Counted from the first letter of the stretch, positions 26,051 through 40,345 are shown. The stretch is 64,000 nt of DNA from Octopus vulgaris (GCA_951406725.2 OX597831.1:50840001-50904000); one strand, 5' to 3'. A program made the numbers and translations. Notes: a model not told the origin generated them from the letters alone.

Positions 26051-26500
26051 TAATACACCTTGTTGAATTAACTGTTCCACATGAAGACAATATAGACGCA
26101 GATGAGGCCAGGAAAGACCTGCGTTATGAGATGCTACTAGAATACTGTATAGATGCTGATTGAAGTGTAGTACACTTTCCTGTAGATATTGAATGTATGG
26201 GGCTTTATTAGAACGAGACTGAGACGGTGGTTGTTATCAACGTGTCTCCAACATCGGTAAGCAAACGACATCTTTAAGGAGATCGAGGCGACAATTGAGC
26301 GGGCCTGCCATTGGATATGGCTGAAACCTGGCTGGAGAGATGATGATTCCAAAATGGATTTGAGGTCGAATACTAATCACTAGAACCTGTAGGTGAGGCC
26401 CCCTATCAGTGATTGAGGGCCGGTGTCTTGTAAAGCCTTCGCAACGGCGCGCTCTCTCCTGATGACCCCCCGAAATCTCCTGGCATCGGCAAGTTATTTC
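26050..26500 (+). pseudogene. 3' end of an RLE-type non-LTR retrotransposon (HERO/R2-like)
   Basis: LVELTVPHEDNI...ARK..RY..L...C and FPVDIECMGF match the ELTVP.E...A..RK..RY / VEVG.RGF endonuclease signature. The end coordinate is approximate. Confidence 0.7.
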
Positions 26501-27282
26501 CAAGTCTCCACCGAAACGTGTTAAATCAGTTTGAAAGTACCGTTTTGTTCTGTGCATTCCATTGTGTATGCTAAATATTTTCACTCAAATCCCGACTTGG
26601 GTTTGTTATTTTTACATGCTTTGCAATAGGTGATCTATCACTGTTAGTACCTTTTCTAGTACTTGTCACCTATTAAAGTATCACATTGTGACGCCTTTTA
26701 ACATTTTCTTTTTTTCGTTAATCTTCACTATGCGTGTGGATACGGATATTAAAAGAGCGACATGCTTTCCTTGGAAACTGGAAATAAACAGGAAAAAAAT
26801 AGCATATCCGAATAATGCCAGGTGTTAGTATTTCATAAACATAGTAAACAAACTGAAAATGAATGAAAATCCTATATTCATCATGAAATAAATTAATAGA
26901 AAGAAACGGACGGACGTAAAATGTATATGTTTATTTTTGTCGTAAAATACGGAAGAAAAATGTATAGGTTAAGATTTTCAATTTTTCACAAGCAAAGATA
27001 TATGAAACGAAATAGAGAGAAAAAGAACATGTACATATCTGCAATATACATACGTACGTGTGAATGTATGTATGTCTGTATGTATGTATGTATATGATCC
27101 TGAAAATGTCAAAGTGTAAAGATTTTTATACTCATGAATAATGTTTGGAAGAGACAAAAAAAATGAATGAACACAAAACAAGCTTGTTTGTTTTTATAAA
27201 CATTGCAAAGAAAATGAAAGTAAGTGAATAGGGGAATGCGTGAGAGTGTGAACATATGTGGATATATGTTTCTGCGTGTGTA

Positions 27283-27313
<31 letters not shown>

Positions 27314-27390
27314 ATGTGTGTGTGTGAGCATGTGCGTGTGTGTGTGCGAGTGCGTGTGAATATATATAAATATATTACTATCGCAAATAT

Positions 27391-27839
27391 ACTCTTTACT
27401 CCTTTACTCTTTTACTTGTTTCAATCATTTGACTACGGCCTTTAGTCGAGCAAATCGACCCCGGGACTTATTCTTTGTAAGCCTAGTACTTATTCTTTTG
27501 GGTTTTTTTGCCGAACCGCTAAGTTACGGGGAGGTAAAGACACCAGCATCGGTTTTCAAACAATGTTGGGGGGTTCAAGCACAGACACACAAATATACAC
27601 ACACACAAATACACACGCACACACGCACACACACACACACGCACACACGCACACACACACACACGCACACATATATATATATGCATATATACGAGGGGCA
27701 TCTTTCAATTTCCGTCTACGAAATCCACTCGCATGGCTTTGGTCGGCCCGAGGCTATAGTAGAAGACACTTGCCCAAGCTTCCACGCAGTGGAACTGAAC
27801 GCAGAACCATGTTGTTGGTAAGCAAGCTACTTACCACAC
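27391..27839 (-). mobile_element. SINE family A
   Basis: Reverse complement of the 59686 copy, including the internal microsatellite and TAAAAGAG tail. Confidence 0.88.
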
Positions 27840-28356
27840 GAGGGTACTAAACTAAAATATTTTATTCCCAGTGATTAGCATCCATAAATAAAAGTCATAA
27901 GACAATGGTGGGGGGGGCAAACACACACACACACACAGATACAGACACACATGCACAAATAGGACACCATATATGGGACACAGTTATAAATTTGTTTATT
28001 TATTGATGGACGATATGTTTACGCTTGCGCACTAAGTTTGAATCCAGATGTAGCTGTCTTGCTCACGTGTTTTCAGTACGATTTTGCAACTGCAAAATTA
28101 TTCATTAATTAGCAATCTCGCTTACGATCCACAGATTCGAAATTAGTTTATTTGTCAATTAATAAAGAAACTCGAGTTCGGGCTTAACTTATTTTTTGTT
28201 CGTTCTGGTGTTATTACAGCGTGCCTCATGATTTTTTTTTTCTTTCATAGTTTGGGTTTTAACTGCCTTTCTAGCATGTAAGGAGTGCTGTCAAAGGTCT
28301 TCTCTCTGCGTATAAAAATATTTTATACACTTGATATTTTTAAACATATGTAAGTG

Positions 28357-28424
<68 letters not shown>

Positions 28425-28546
28425 CACATATGTGTGTATGTGTATATACTTATTTTCTTACATTTATACACATAAGCATACATCCGTACACACACACGCA
28501 TACATATATATATGCATGTATACACATATATACGTATAAATATATG

Positions 28547-28596
<50 letters not shown>

Positions 28597-28846
28597 TGTG
28601 TGTGTGTGTATTTGTCTCCCACCATAGCTTGACAACTGGTCTTGCTATACTTACATATCTGTAATATAAGGCTCCGGCAAATTATGTATCAATATAATAA
28701 TTACCATGCCTAAAGAAAAAATAAGTACAAAAGTCAATTTCTTCAAATTAACCTTCAAAGGTGTTGCCCCAGCACGGCCGCAGTCTAATGCACGAAACAA
28801 AGAAAAGATAAACAATAAAATTATTATTTTTTTCACTTTCCATTTA

Positions 28847-29206
28847 GGCGCGGGAGTGGCTGTGTGGTAAGAAGCTTTCTTCTCAATTACATGTTTCTGG
28901 GCTCAGTTCCACTGCATGACACTTTGAGCAAGTGTCTACAACAATAACCTCGGGCCGACCAAATCCTTCTAAAAGAATTCGGTAGACGAAAACTGAAAGA
29001 AGCCCGTCGTATGTGTGTGCGTGTTGGGAGACAAACACCACCGCTTGACAAGCGATGTTCGTTGGTTTATGAGATCCAATAGAAGAAGTTCCATTCTTTG
29101 AAAAAATGAAGTATTGAGGTCGATTTATTCCACTAAAATTCTTCAACTCGGTGCCCCTAACAAGTCCGCAACCTAATGACTGAAACAAGTAAAAGAATAA
29201 AAGAAT
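28847..29206 (+). mobile_element. SINE family A, diverged
   Basis: GGCGCGGGAGTGGCTGTGTGGTAAG head and TGACTGAAACAAGTAAAAGAATAAAAG tail. Confidence 0.85.
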
Positions 29207-29991
29207 ATTCTGGAAGAAGGCATTTTGCTTCGTGTATAATTCCTTGCTCCACCATTTAACAAATGCATCGACAAGGTGTACCTTACTCAACAATATTGCT
29301 TTCATTCACGCATTCCATGACTCCGTTTCTCACATGATTGGAAATATAGTCCGGAAAATTCCATATGATTTAAGTCAACGTAATTTTCTAGTATATTCAC
29401 GTAAATTACAAACAGATAATGGTAGATAAGTGTATTTCGGATATGGAATTTTAGAATTTTAGAATTCTACCTATTTTATAAATGTAGTCTGTAAGCAATA
29501 AGTGCGAATTAAGAATATATTTACACCTGATTTTTTGCTTTTAGAAATGTATAAGCAAAATATTTTATATTTAGACACTTTAAAAATGGCTAAAAGGGAA
29601 AAGAAATTGAAGTCAGTATTTAAATTTTTTTTTAAATCTATGGAACCTACCGGACAAAAATAAGAATTCTTACGTATTTTATGTTAAATATATGCATATT
29701 TCATATGCACTCGTTGTTTCCTACATTTATTCTTATGATGTGTGTGTGTGCGAGCGCACGTGTGTGTGTGTGAGAGGGAGTGTCTGTCTAACTGTGTGTG
29801 TCTGTCTATCTGTGTGTGTGTCTGTGTGTGTTAACTTCATCGATCGGCTCTCTTGGATTTTAGCTGCCTAGGACTCTCCATTTGCATTGTACTCCGTATT
29901 GCATTAATATGTAGTTATACAACCAGCTCCATCAGAGGAAATTTCTCTAATAGCCACAAGATTCTATGAATCCATATGCTGCACTACTAGT

Positions 29992-30068
<77 letters not shown>

Positions 30069-30235
30069 AAGAAAGATAGGTACATACACACATATTTATG
30101 CATATATATATATTTATATATATATATATATATTTCTGCTGCTTTTAAATAAAGCATATTACTCTACCTCTGGTATTTGAATACTCTTTTTTCCACCTTG
30201 TTTCACATTTATATATACATATACATATATATATG

Positions 30236-30570
30236 AGACCCCCTTCGGTCAGACACTGACCATGGGTGTGCACCTAGAGAGTTACCCTCTGAGGCACAAG
30301 TCTGGGCAAGGTTGTTTTTTATGGAAGACCAGCGGTCGCCCATGCATACCGGCCTCCCCTCTCCACGTCACCGATGTTGTCTAAGGGAAAGGCAAGGGCC
30401 GATACAGATTGGCACCTGTGGTGTCGCAACTCATTTCTACAGCTGAGTGAACTGGAGCAACGTGAAATAAAGTGTCTTGCTCAAGAACACAACACGCAGC
30501 CCGGTCCGGGATTCGAGCTCACAACCTCACGATCGTAAGCTCGACGCTCTAACTACTGAGCCACGCGCGT
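30236..30570 (-). mobile_element. SINE family C
   Basis: Reverse complement of 5951-6294. Confidence 0.88.
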
Positions 30571-32242
30571 ACACCGCAGCCCGGTCCGGGATTGGTGAAG
30601 GTCGGCTTATGGTGTTAACCTGGGTTTCCTGTCCATAAAGGATTTAACTTTATGACGTATCGTCTGAGCTCAAGAGCTGTGTCTTAGTCCTAAGTAAGCG
30701 CTGATTGAGCAGAGTCTTTTAAAAGAACAACTTTCCAAAAACCAATATACTATTTTCTATAAACAGAATTACGTTATCCAATGAATCCCTTTTTAATCAA
30801 AAAGGCATGGTGTAATTTCTGGAAAATTTATCTCCTATTTCTAAGAGTGGTTCAGTGTTTGGCTCATGTTGGCTCAGCTCTTCTGAAAAAATAATAGTTC
30901 TATAAAGCTACGTATGTAACTTATTGTAAATTATCATTGTAATCTTAAGGATTAAACCACTGTTTCATAGATCTTTAAAAAATTTTGCTTCGGCCGAAGA
31001 AAACACTGAAGAAAATATGAATATGGGCATAACTTACACTCGTCAATAAGACGGTTCCACACTTAACACAGTGTATCCCGCAGTGAATTTTGTAACACAA
31101 GATAATAAACGATACAAAATAACATATCAAATTCGTTTCCTTTATTCTTTGAATGGATTCAATCGTTGGACCGCGGCCATGCTGGAGTGCCGCTTTAATT
31201 TATTTTCTTTCAATTTTGTTGTCGCTCTATGGCTACAAGCTGGTCAATGATTGAGCTTATAACCGCAGATCTTCCTTGAGTGTATCCTTAAACGGTTGGC
31301 TGGTCCGGTATCATACAGGTTTATCCAATGTATTGTTGTTGTTTTTCTTGTTTTTTGGGCTTTTTATTTAATGTTTCAGTATAGGTCCCTACTATATTTT
31401 GGGGTTCTTTAGGCAGGCAGTTAAAAGTATTCATATATAATAATCGTTAAACTTTAAACCAAAAGTGTTAAAATTAATTTCTATCAAGAATTTTTTTATG
31501 TTTAGCCCCAGGCTAACCATAATGCAGAACACCTATGATCAAAGGTATTCCATCTTTATCCATCGTATCTTTACATTTCATACATAGTGTATCTATGCCA
31601 ACGCTATCTAATATATTCCGTCGCTATTCACTTGATACAGATAACTTTGAAAGAGGTTTGGTTACTAAAAGTATTTCATCATTGGTTTTTGTTCGTATTA
31701 TTTTAACTTTAATTCATTTTTGAATAATTTGGTATTTACTTCACTATCGTCATCAACGTTGCTTTTGTGGTCTTGCTTTGTAATATTTACAAATTCTGTC
31801 TGCAACTATTATATCCATTCTCCAACATTAATGCTTTCTCTAACCCTTATTGTTCTAATTTGCTACCAACTGGGACTTCCTTTCTGCATGTTACTACGCA
31901 ATGTTTAGTTGCTGATATAATTATATCTTGTTATTCATAAGCATTCTTCTTTTGTTTAAACTGCTTTATCATTTCCCTCCTCCTATAAAACTGAAATATG
32001 TTTTCCTTGTTTGCATTCTATCAATTTTATAATCACATTTAAAAAATTTTTTTGATGTTTTAAACATAATACATACACACAACACACACACATATAATGT
32101 ATACGTATGTATGTGTGTAGAACTGCATCTATGTGTCTGTACATGCACATTCTCATACGCACATGCACATAACTTTAACAAAACCAATATATATATATTA
32201 TCATCTCTCTGTTAAGATATATATATATATATACGATATATA

Positions 32243-32437
32243 CGAGTGTAAGTCAAAGATTATACACGCTTTCATTTTTGTAATTTGTCAAAGCAAATAA
32301 GGCGCTGAACAATTGCATAATTTTTCGACATAGTCTCTTTCCTTTTCGACGCATTATTCCAGTGGTCCACAAGCTTGCTTATTCCATCCGAGAGGAAGTT
32401 TTTCGGCTCGTCATGCAACCATTTATGCACCATCTCC
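32243..32437 (-). mobile_element. Mariner 3'-end fragment
   Basis: TA followed by a TIR-like CGAGTGTAAGTCAAAGATTAT. The minus strand reads V.KWL....NF..DGI.KLV.HW and then GDYVEK after a frameshift. Confidence 0.7.
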
Positions 32438-32589
32438 TACGCTTTTCCGTCCATAGTTAAGCGCAAACACGGAACCTTGCCCACCACTGCGCAAGACCAC
32501 CACAATCAGCTTACACGATATGGCCTCCTCTAACGCTAGCACAGTCGTCACGCCAATAGTCTTATTAAATATTGGCGACCAGTTGCATA

Positions 32590-34545
32590 CAATCAAGACC
32601 TGTACATAGCACTCGTGGAAACTCATCTTATGCCTGATATAGAGGATGCGGAAGTACACATACCGAAATATACCATAGAGCGAACGGACAGAAGGGAAAG
32701 GATCCATGGTGGAGCTTGCTGGTTACATCCGTGAGGACCTCACATCCCAGGTCCTACTGTCATACTCAAATTCAGTATGTGACACTCAAGTTGTATTTAT
32801 AAGACAACACAATATAGTCATATGCAATACATATCGCCCAACGGATGCTCCAAAACACACAGGCAAGTTTGAAGGTTGCCTTACAAGAATTTAAAAACCC
32901 TCATGAAACTGGAACACCACGTGAGTGTGTTTCTTATGAGTGATTTCAGCTTCCCGGTGTCAAATGGCCCGAGGGTCTCATGCTCTCAGGAATGACTCGT
33001 TGCAAACAAGTACAGGTGGAGTCCCTGCTCAAGATCATCAATGCTCTATTCATGGAGTAAACTGTACTCCGAACAACTAGGGCGAATAGCATACTGGATC
33101 TCTGCTTCACAAACAATATGAACATAGTTCATAAGGTGACTGTAACGCCGACATTAGTTTCGGATCACAACTATATATGGACCAAAAGTTGCCGGAGATA
33201 TACAGCCTAAAGGAAGCACCTAAAATCTCTCCAATCTGAACTTCCACAGAGCAGACTGGAAATCGATCCAAAAAGAGATCCTCAGACAGGACTCGCCGAA
33301 AAGACTTTCCACACCAGACATTGGTATGAAACTAGAATATTTCATGTTTGTTATGCAAACCATATGCCAGAGCTATGTCCCAGACCATAATGCCAACATA
33401 AAAAGTAACAAGATTACAAGAGAAAGGAAGATTCTCATGAGGCGATGGACGAAGGTTGCAAATCGCTTCAACCAACATCCCAAAAGTAGTGAAAAATCCC
33501 ACCTAAAAACAATACTGATGGAGATAGAAATAAGCCTGCAACAATCCTATGTGAAGGAGAGAGCAGACAAAGAAGCTTGGGTTATTAAAAACAAGTCAAA
33601 CCTAAAGGCCTTTTTTCACTATGCCAAAGAAACAGCTCCAGTACGCTGCAAAATAGAACCCCTCTTCCAGAAGGTTGGCTACCTAACAGATAACCCAGCT
33701 AGGATCAGTGAGGTACTGAATGACAAGTTCAAAAGTGTCTTTACCACCCTGCTGGAACACAGACAAATGAATGAACCAGTGTATTTCTTTGCTACATCAC
33801 CTATAACCATTGAGGCAGTTACGATGGATTACAACGACATTGGTGAAGAAGATATAATACCAGCCATAGATGAAGTGGACGCAAACTCAGCTGCTGGCCC
33901 TGATGGTTTCCCAGCAATCCTCCTCAAATCGTGCAAACATGCCCTGGCGAAACCACTACAGATTTTCTTCCAGGAGTTTTCTTGCAAATGGCAAACTGCC
34001 AAACAAAATGAAGGAGGGAATAATATTCCCAATCCTTAAAGGAGGAAGCAGAGCAGATGCCAAAAATTATAGGCCTGTCTCTCTGACTTCACGCATCAGC
34101 AAAGTCAGGAACGAATAGTCAGAGGGAAAATAATCGCATGTTTTGGAGAAAACAACTTACTGAGTGATACACAGCATGGTTTTCGACCAGGTTGGAGCCG
34201 CCTGATCCAGCTCCTACAGGACTATGACTGGGTGTTAAAGCAGTTATTCAACAACTCAAATGTGGACGTAATATGCCTTGACTTTTGTTTTGATAAAGCT
34301 GATCATAGTATGATATGCCACAAACTGCGCGATCTTGGCAAAGCTATAAAAATTGGAGAGTGGTTACAAGACTTTCTGAAAGATAGAAGTCAGGCAGTGC
34401 TGGCCAATGGAGCCACCTCAAAGAAAACACAAATACTGAGTGGGGTTCCACAGGGCACTGTCTTGGGACCACTGATTTTCATAGTGGTCCTCTCAGATAT
34501 GCCTTCAGCTGCCCGGATAGCCACCCTTTCTAGCTACGATGATGT
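32590..34545 (+). pseudogene. CR1/L2-group LINE ORF2 remnant (APE endonuclease + RT)
   Basis: IALVETHL, YIREDL, YRP, ILDLCFTN, SDHN (APE); AGPDGFP, KGG....NYRPVSLTS, QHGFR, VDVI.LDF, SGVPQGTVLGPL, SYDD (RT). It is frameshifted and truncated at the YADD motif. Confidence 0.9.
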
Positions 34546-35016
34546 TGAATTCTCTTATTGATTGTCTTAAAGTTGGCAACATGGTTACGATAACGATTCT
34601 TAAATGAATCAGCCGTCCGCCCACGTTACATTTATATACAAGATTTGTACTCATATAGAGATTCATCAAAGGACATTTTGATTTTTCTCTGCATGAGCAT
34701 TTATCGTATTTATTTGTATATAAAGCAGTCCCGAATCCATTTACTGGTATTGTTAAAGTGTTAGCTGTATCATAAGTATTTCAACTACTACAAATTGATG
34801 TTTATCATTGCGGTTTACATCTCCTTGTTTTGTATTCAGATGCAAATGTTCGCTAGATCCAATAGATGGGTTATTGAAACTTAGCCGCATTTTGCTATTG
34901 TATATGTGATGCATAAGCTGCTCTAAATTAGCAGAGTTGACTTAGGATACCTTCACGGTGTGTCAATTAAAAATAGCCTGATACTTGTATATATGTATAT
35001 ATATATATATATAGTC

Positions 35017-35068
<52 letters not shown>

Positions 35069-35948
35069 TAATTTTCATGTTGTCTCTCTCTCTCTATATA
35101 TATACGTATATAAATTCATATTATATACATTTATATAATATCATGTTATGTATATATATATATATATATATATGCAATAACTTACATCCCTCTAGTACAT
35201 TTAAATAGGACCTTAGTTCCTCAAATCTCAATAGTTAATCTTCGTATTAAGGCATTAAATTATCGTAACCTGATGCATCAACTCACTGTGTTTTACAATA
35301 TTAATGCTCCATTAGAATTTCATACGGCAGCAACAATCATATCATATGTTTAAAATATTTATTCACAAATCGATGAGAGAAGAAAATATTCAAAACTTTC
35401 TTACAACGTTTGTTGATATATCAAATATCTTTTGCTTAAAATCTCTAAATACGACTTCAGTGATAAAAAGTCAATATTAGCAAAAGACTTATCTAGTGAG
35501 TCAGGAGAGGAGGATCTACATTTCAGGCGGGTTTAAGCTGTCAAATTGAAACTCATTAGCGTCCTCGTGAAAGCAACTAACAAGATAGGGTGATCAACTG
35601 ATATTTCTTCAAGTGAATACAATACAGAAGGCGAAGCACTTGTAAAAATTATTATGAGAGTCGTAATATTTCTCCTATTCTATCATAGGTTGAGTATATT
35701 GCTAAAAGCTCTGTATTATAAGCTGAAACTATACAGATTGACAGTAAAATGGCAAAAGTTAATCCATGCGTAAAGGATTTATAACTCGGTGTCAGAGAAA
35801 GTTATATTTCTGAGTTAATTTTTGTATAGTAATCAACTAAGTTCATTTAAAGTCGTTTAGTGGTAATCATTATGGTCTCAGCATTTTATGTAAAGCTATT
35901 TTCAAAGCAGACTGTCTTTGATTGAGTAAAATAAAATTATATGTGTAT

Positions 35949-36023
<75 letters not shown>

Positions 36024-36039
36024 TAATAGGTATATATAA

Positions 36040-36101
<62 letters not shown>

Positions 36102-36105
<4 letters not shown>

Positions 36106-36536
36106 CTTTACTACCCACAAGGGGCTAAACACTGAGGGGACAAACAAGGACAGACAAACAGATTAAGTCGATTACATCGACCCCAGTGCGTAACTGGTAC
36201 TTAATTTATCGACCCCGAAAGGATGAAATGCAAAGTCGACCTCGGCGAAATTTGAACTCAGAACGTAACGGCAGACGAAATACGGCTACGCATTTCGCCC
36301 GGCGTGCTAACGTTTCTGCCAGCTCGCCGCCTTAATATAAATATATATATAGGTATATTTTTACATTTATAAAAGCATATATCGGCCCCAGTGCGTAACT
36401 GGTATTTAATTTATCGACTCCGAAAGGATGAAAGGCAAAGTCGACCTCGGCGAAATTTGAACTCAGAACGTAACGGCAGACGAAATACGGCTACACATTT
36501 TGCGCGGCGTGCTAACGTTTCTGCCAGCTCGCCGAC
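36102..36536 (-). mobile_element. Two adjacent SINE family B copies (36102-36331, 36386-36536)
   Basis: Reverse complements of the 39772 copy; the second copy is 3'-truncated. Confidence 0.88.
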
Positions 36537-37611
36537 TTAATTAATAAAAATATTAAAACTTCTGAAATGGATATTTTTGATATACAGATTGTTACTAGGA
36601 TTTGCCAATGAGCATTCATTCCACTCTAAATAATGCTCCATTTTATATCATAGAACTAATTTGCAACTACTTATACAGTGAACGTTTCGGTGTGGTTAAC
36701 TATAGGGCATTTAAGAAGATTTAATAAATTATTTTCTGGAACGAATCAATTAATTTCGAAGCTCGATTAATATAGAAAAGCAAATGGAAATTGCTTACGT
36801 CGAGGTCTCTATGATAATAAATATGCATTTGAATTGACATAGAACAAATATGAGAAGGACAAAACGTCTGCAATGCCAACGTTCTTTGAAAACGAATTAG
36901 TAGAAATATTTTGTGTATGTTTCAGTATGTCGCAAAACTTGAGTTGAGCTCTGAAGAGTTTGCGGATTTCAAAACCAACAAATAAAATCGAGGAAACGTG
37001 TGTAGTGTCGTAATTGATAAAGGAATTCTGTGCAGTAACTTGAATAAACTTCTTACATTAAAAATTACAGACATTTTATCACACGCCATTTTAACTGCAA
37101 GAAAATGCATCAAGCAGCATATTTGAGAGGAGGAGAAAAAAATGAAGAGACGAACGAACTTTTGCTTTTGACCTTGTGTTTTTAAACTATGTTAATATGA
37201 ATTATCACTGTGGTTTACGCCTAACTATTGCTATCTCGTAATTTAGTTGCGCAATGAATCTGCGTAAGTTCCATCATTTACCCTTTCTAATTCTTCTCCT
37301 TTGAATATAAGACTTTTCATAATCAGTATGTGATATCCTCAAATAACTTTTATATATTCTAATTGGAAATAATTGAACCTATTCTTTTGTGTACCCAGCT
37401 TTAGGGTGTGTTAAGTTACTCGTTCAATCACTAATTATAAATGCTTCACCTTTCTACAACCACTACCGTTCTAACTTCTGGTTAAACTAAAATGTGAGCA
37501 CAAACGCACACACACACTTACACATACATGTGTGTGGATGTGAGCGTGCGTGCGTTTGTGTGTGTGGATACATGTATATAGATAGACATACATAAAATAC
37601 ATATGTATATA

Positions 37612-37669
<58 letters not shown>

Positions 37670-37770
37670 AACACACATATATGTGTGTGTATGTACTTGC
37701 TCACGTAGACAGACAGACAGACAGACAGAAAGACAGACAGACAGATAGATACATAGATAGACAGACAGAC

Positions 37771-37909
<139 letters not shown>

Positions 37910-38556
37910 CAGACAGACAGAGACAGACAAACCGACAGAGAAACAGACACATGCAGATATACGGGCGCCAAAATACATTTTGTAGATATGTATGCATGTA
38001 TGTGTGTGCATGTGCATATATTCAGATGTGTCTGTATTACAAGTATGTATGAATGTATATGGTTAGATTCTTATATCTCAGTTTAAAAACACGATTACGA
38101 ATTAAGAAAATTTTCATACAACCTGGAGGTAGTGAAATGCCTACAAAAGAAAATATCAAAAAAAAGTTCTTGCACTGGATATCAGGGTAGGATTCTTAAA
38201 AGAGAGCATATCTAAATTATAGATTATTACAAGAAAGATGGCCAGCGGTACATGTCAAGATGAAGTAAGTACAATTTTATCTAAAATGTGCATTATTACA
38301 ATTTCAGTTCTATCATTTGGATGAGTTAAAGTTAAAAGGAAATAAATTTATTTTGTGCGTACATGGAAATGACAAAATATGTTAAAACTTTTCTCATGTA
38401 TGAGGTTTCCCTCATTCTTAGCAACTTCAACAAGATCTATGATTTCTTTAGCTTTTGCAAGTGATTCATTGAAGGTGTTACGTAAAGGCTGGAAAATTTA
38501 TACGATTGATGCTGGCTTTGATGTCTTTTAAAGTAACATTATGAGAAAGTAAATCG

Positions 38557-38612
<56 letters not shown>

Positions 38613-38617
<5 letters not shown>

Positions 38618-39188
38618 AAAGTCAAAAATGCGATAAAATAAAATTAATTATTATCGCTGGTGTTTCTAGCACAGGCCATATATTATTCATATATAAGTAC
38701 ACTAAAAGGCGAAGTATGTACTAGATACACAGAAGCTTGATAAATTTAGTGAAATGAAAATAAAAACTTTTACTAACTGGGTCTTCTTAGACTGCAGTTT
38801 CGCCTATTTCAGCAATAAAAATAATATTTATTTACTCAGGCAGGCTCTTCAGTAAGATTCCTGTTATTCTGAAATCGCTCCTCGATAGACACATGTGCGT
38901 CTACTAATTTGCTCTTTCTAACTAATCAGATCACTGCGCAGATGCAGAACGTACCCGACAAACTAGGGATTTCTGGGATATAGTCTAACGCTCAAAATTT
39001 ATCGAGAAATATGTAAACAAAGTCAAAAATGTGATAAAATAAAATTAATTATTATCGCTGGTGTTTCTAGCACAGGCCATATATTATTCATATATAAGTA
39101 CACTAAAAGGCGAAGTATGTACTAGATACACAGAAGCTTGATAAATTTAGTGAAATGAAAATAAAAACTTTTACTAACTCGGTTCTTA
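38613..39188 (-). mobile_element. Retrozyme/Penelope-LTR-like element: 1.4 tandem copies of a ~400-nt unit containing a hammerhead ribozyme
   Basis: 38613-38778 is repeated at 39014-39179 (period 401, one mismatch seen). The hammerhead lies at 38785-38857, and (TA)n flanks both ends. Confidence 0.85.
38785..38857 (-). ncRNA. Canonical minimal type I hammerhead ribozyme
   Basis: The minus strand reads UCUUA CUGAAGA GCCUG...UAGGC GAAA CUGCAG UC^ UAAGA. All core nucleotides are intact, helix III ACUGCAGU is palindromic, and the cleavage triplet is GUC. Confidence 0.88.
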
Positions 39189-39207
39189 TATATATATATC
39201 ATCATTT

Positions 39208-39248
<41 letters not shown>

Positions 39249-39441
39249 GCACGTGGACTATTGGCGAGTTTTCCTTATTTTTCCTTCTTTCTCTTTGGAC
39301 TTCCCTGTTTCCGACGAAGAGCTATGCTCGAAATGTTAACAGCAACTCTTTCCCTTCACCGATAATTATAACGGTAGTATAACGGATATTTTTATCCCTT
39401 AGACGGTTATTCCAACCTCCAAATCTACTAACCTATATATA

Positions 39442-39490
<49 letters not shown>

Positions 39491-39771
39491 TTATGCATGT
39501 ATGTATGTATTAGAAGATGTCTGTGTAGTTGTATGTCTGTGCATAATGCCAACGAGGGAGTGAAGGAGAGAGAAAGAAACAGAGTGAGAAAACAAGTTTT
39601 TATAGAAGTTGAAAGAGAGAGATAGCGGGAGAGCGAGGGAGACGCTGATGTTTAATACTCTATGTATGTTCTATAAGTGAAGGTGAAAGAAAGCCAGCGG
39701 AAAGACAGAGGGAAAGCGGGAGAGAAAGAGATGCTGATATTTGATACTGTATGTATATGCGTCTGTGTAAA

Positions 39772-40345
39772 GGCGGCGAGCTGGCAGAAACGTTAGCACG
39801 CCGGGCGAAATGCGTAGCCGTATTTCGTCTGCCGTTACGTTCTGAGTTCAAATTCCGCCGAGGTCGACTTTGCCTTTCATCCTTTCGGGGTCGATAAATT
39901 AAGTACCAGTTACTCACTGGGGTCGATGTAATCGACTTAATCTGTTTGTCTGTCCTTGTTTGTCCTCTCTGTGTTTAGCCCCTTGTGGATAGTAAAGAAA
40001 TAGGTACTTCGTCTGCTGCTACGTTCTGAGTTCAAATTCCGCCGAGGTCGACTTTACCTTTCATCCTTTCGGAGTCGATTAAATAAGTACCAGTTACGCA
40101 CTGGGGTCGATATAATCGACTTAATCCCTTTGTCCTTGTTTTATCCCGTCTGTATGTAGCCCCTTGTGGGCAGTAAAGAAATAAGAAACGTTTGAACGCC
40201 GGGCGAAATGATTAGCGGTGTTTCGTCAAATTCCGCCGAGGTCTTTCATCCTTTCGGAGTCGATAGATTAAGTACCAGTTGCGTACTGGGGTCGACTGGA
40301 CCCTCCCCCAAAATTTCGGGTCTTGTATCTAGAGTAGAAAAGAAT
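39772..40345 (+). mobile_element. Tandem cluster of three SINE family B units
   Basis: A full unit GGCGGCGAGCTGGCAGAAACG...GAGTTCAAATTCC...CCTTTCATCCTTTCGGGGTCGATAAATTAAGTACCAG is followed by two 5'-trimmed repeats. Confidence 0.88.

Noticed and set aside
26458-26480. CTGATGA-CCCCCC-GAAA in the RLE LINE 3' region
   Set aside because: No helix II pairing is possible and there is no convincing helix I or III.
29848-29940. Possible hammerhead relic on the minus strand (CUGAUGG AGCUG...CAGCU AAAA)
   Set aside because: Both core strands are mutated and no cleavage triplet or helix III is evident; too degenerate to call.
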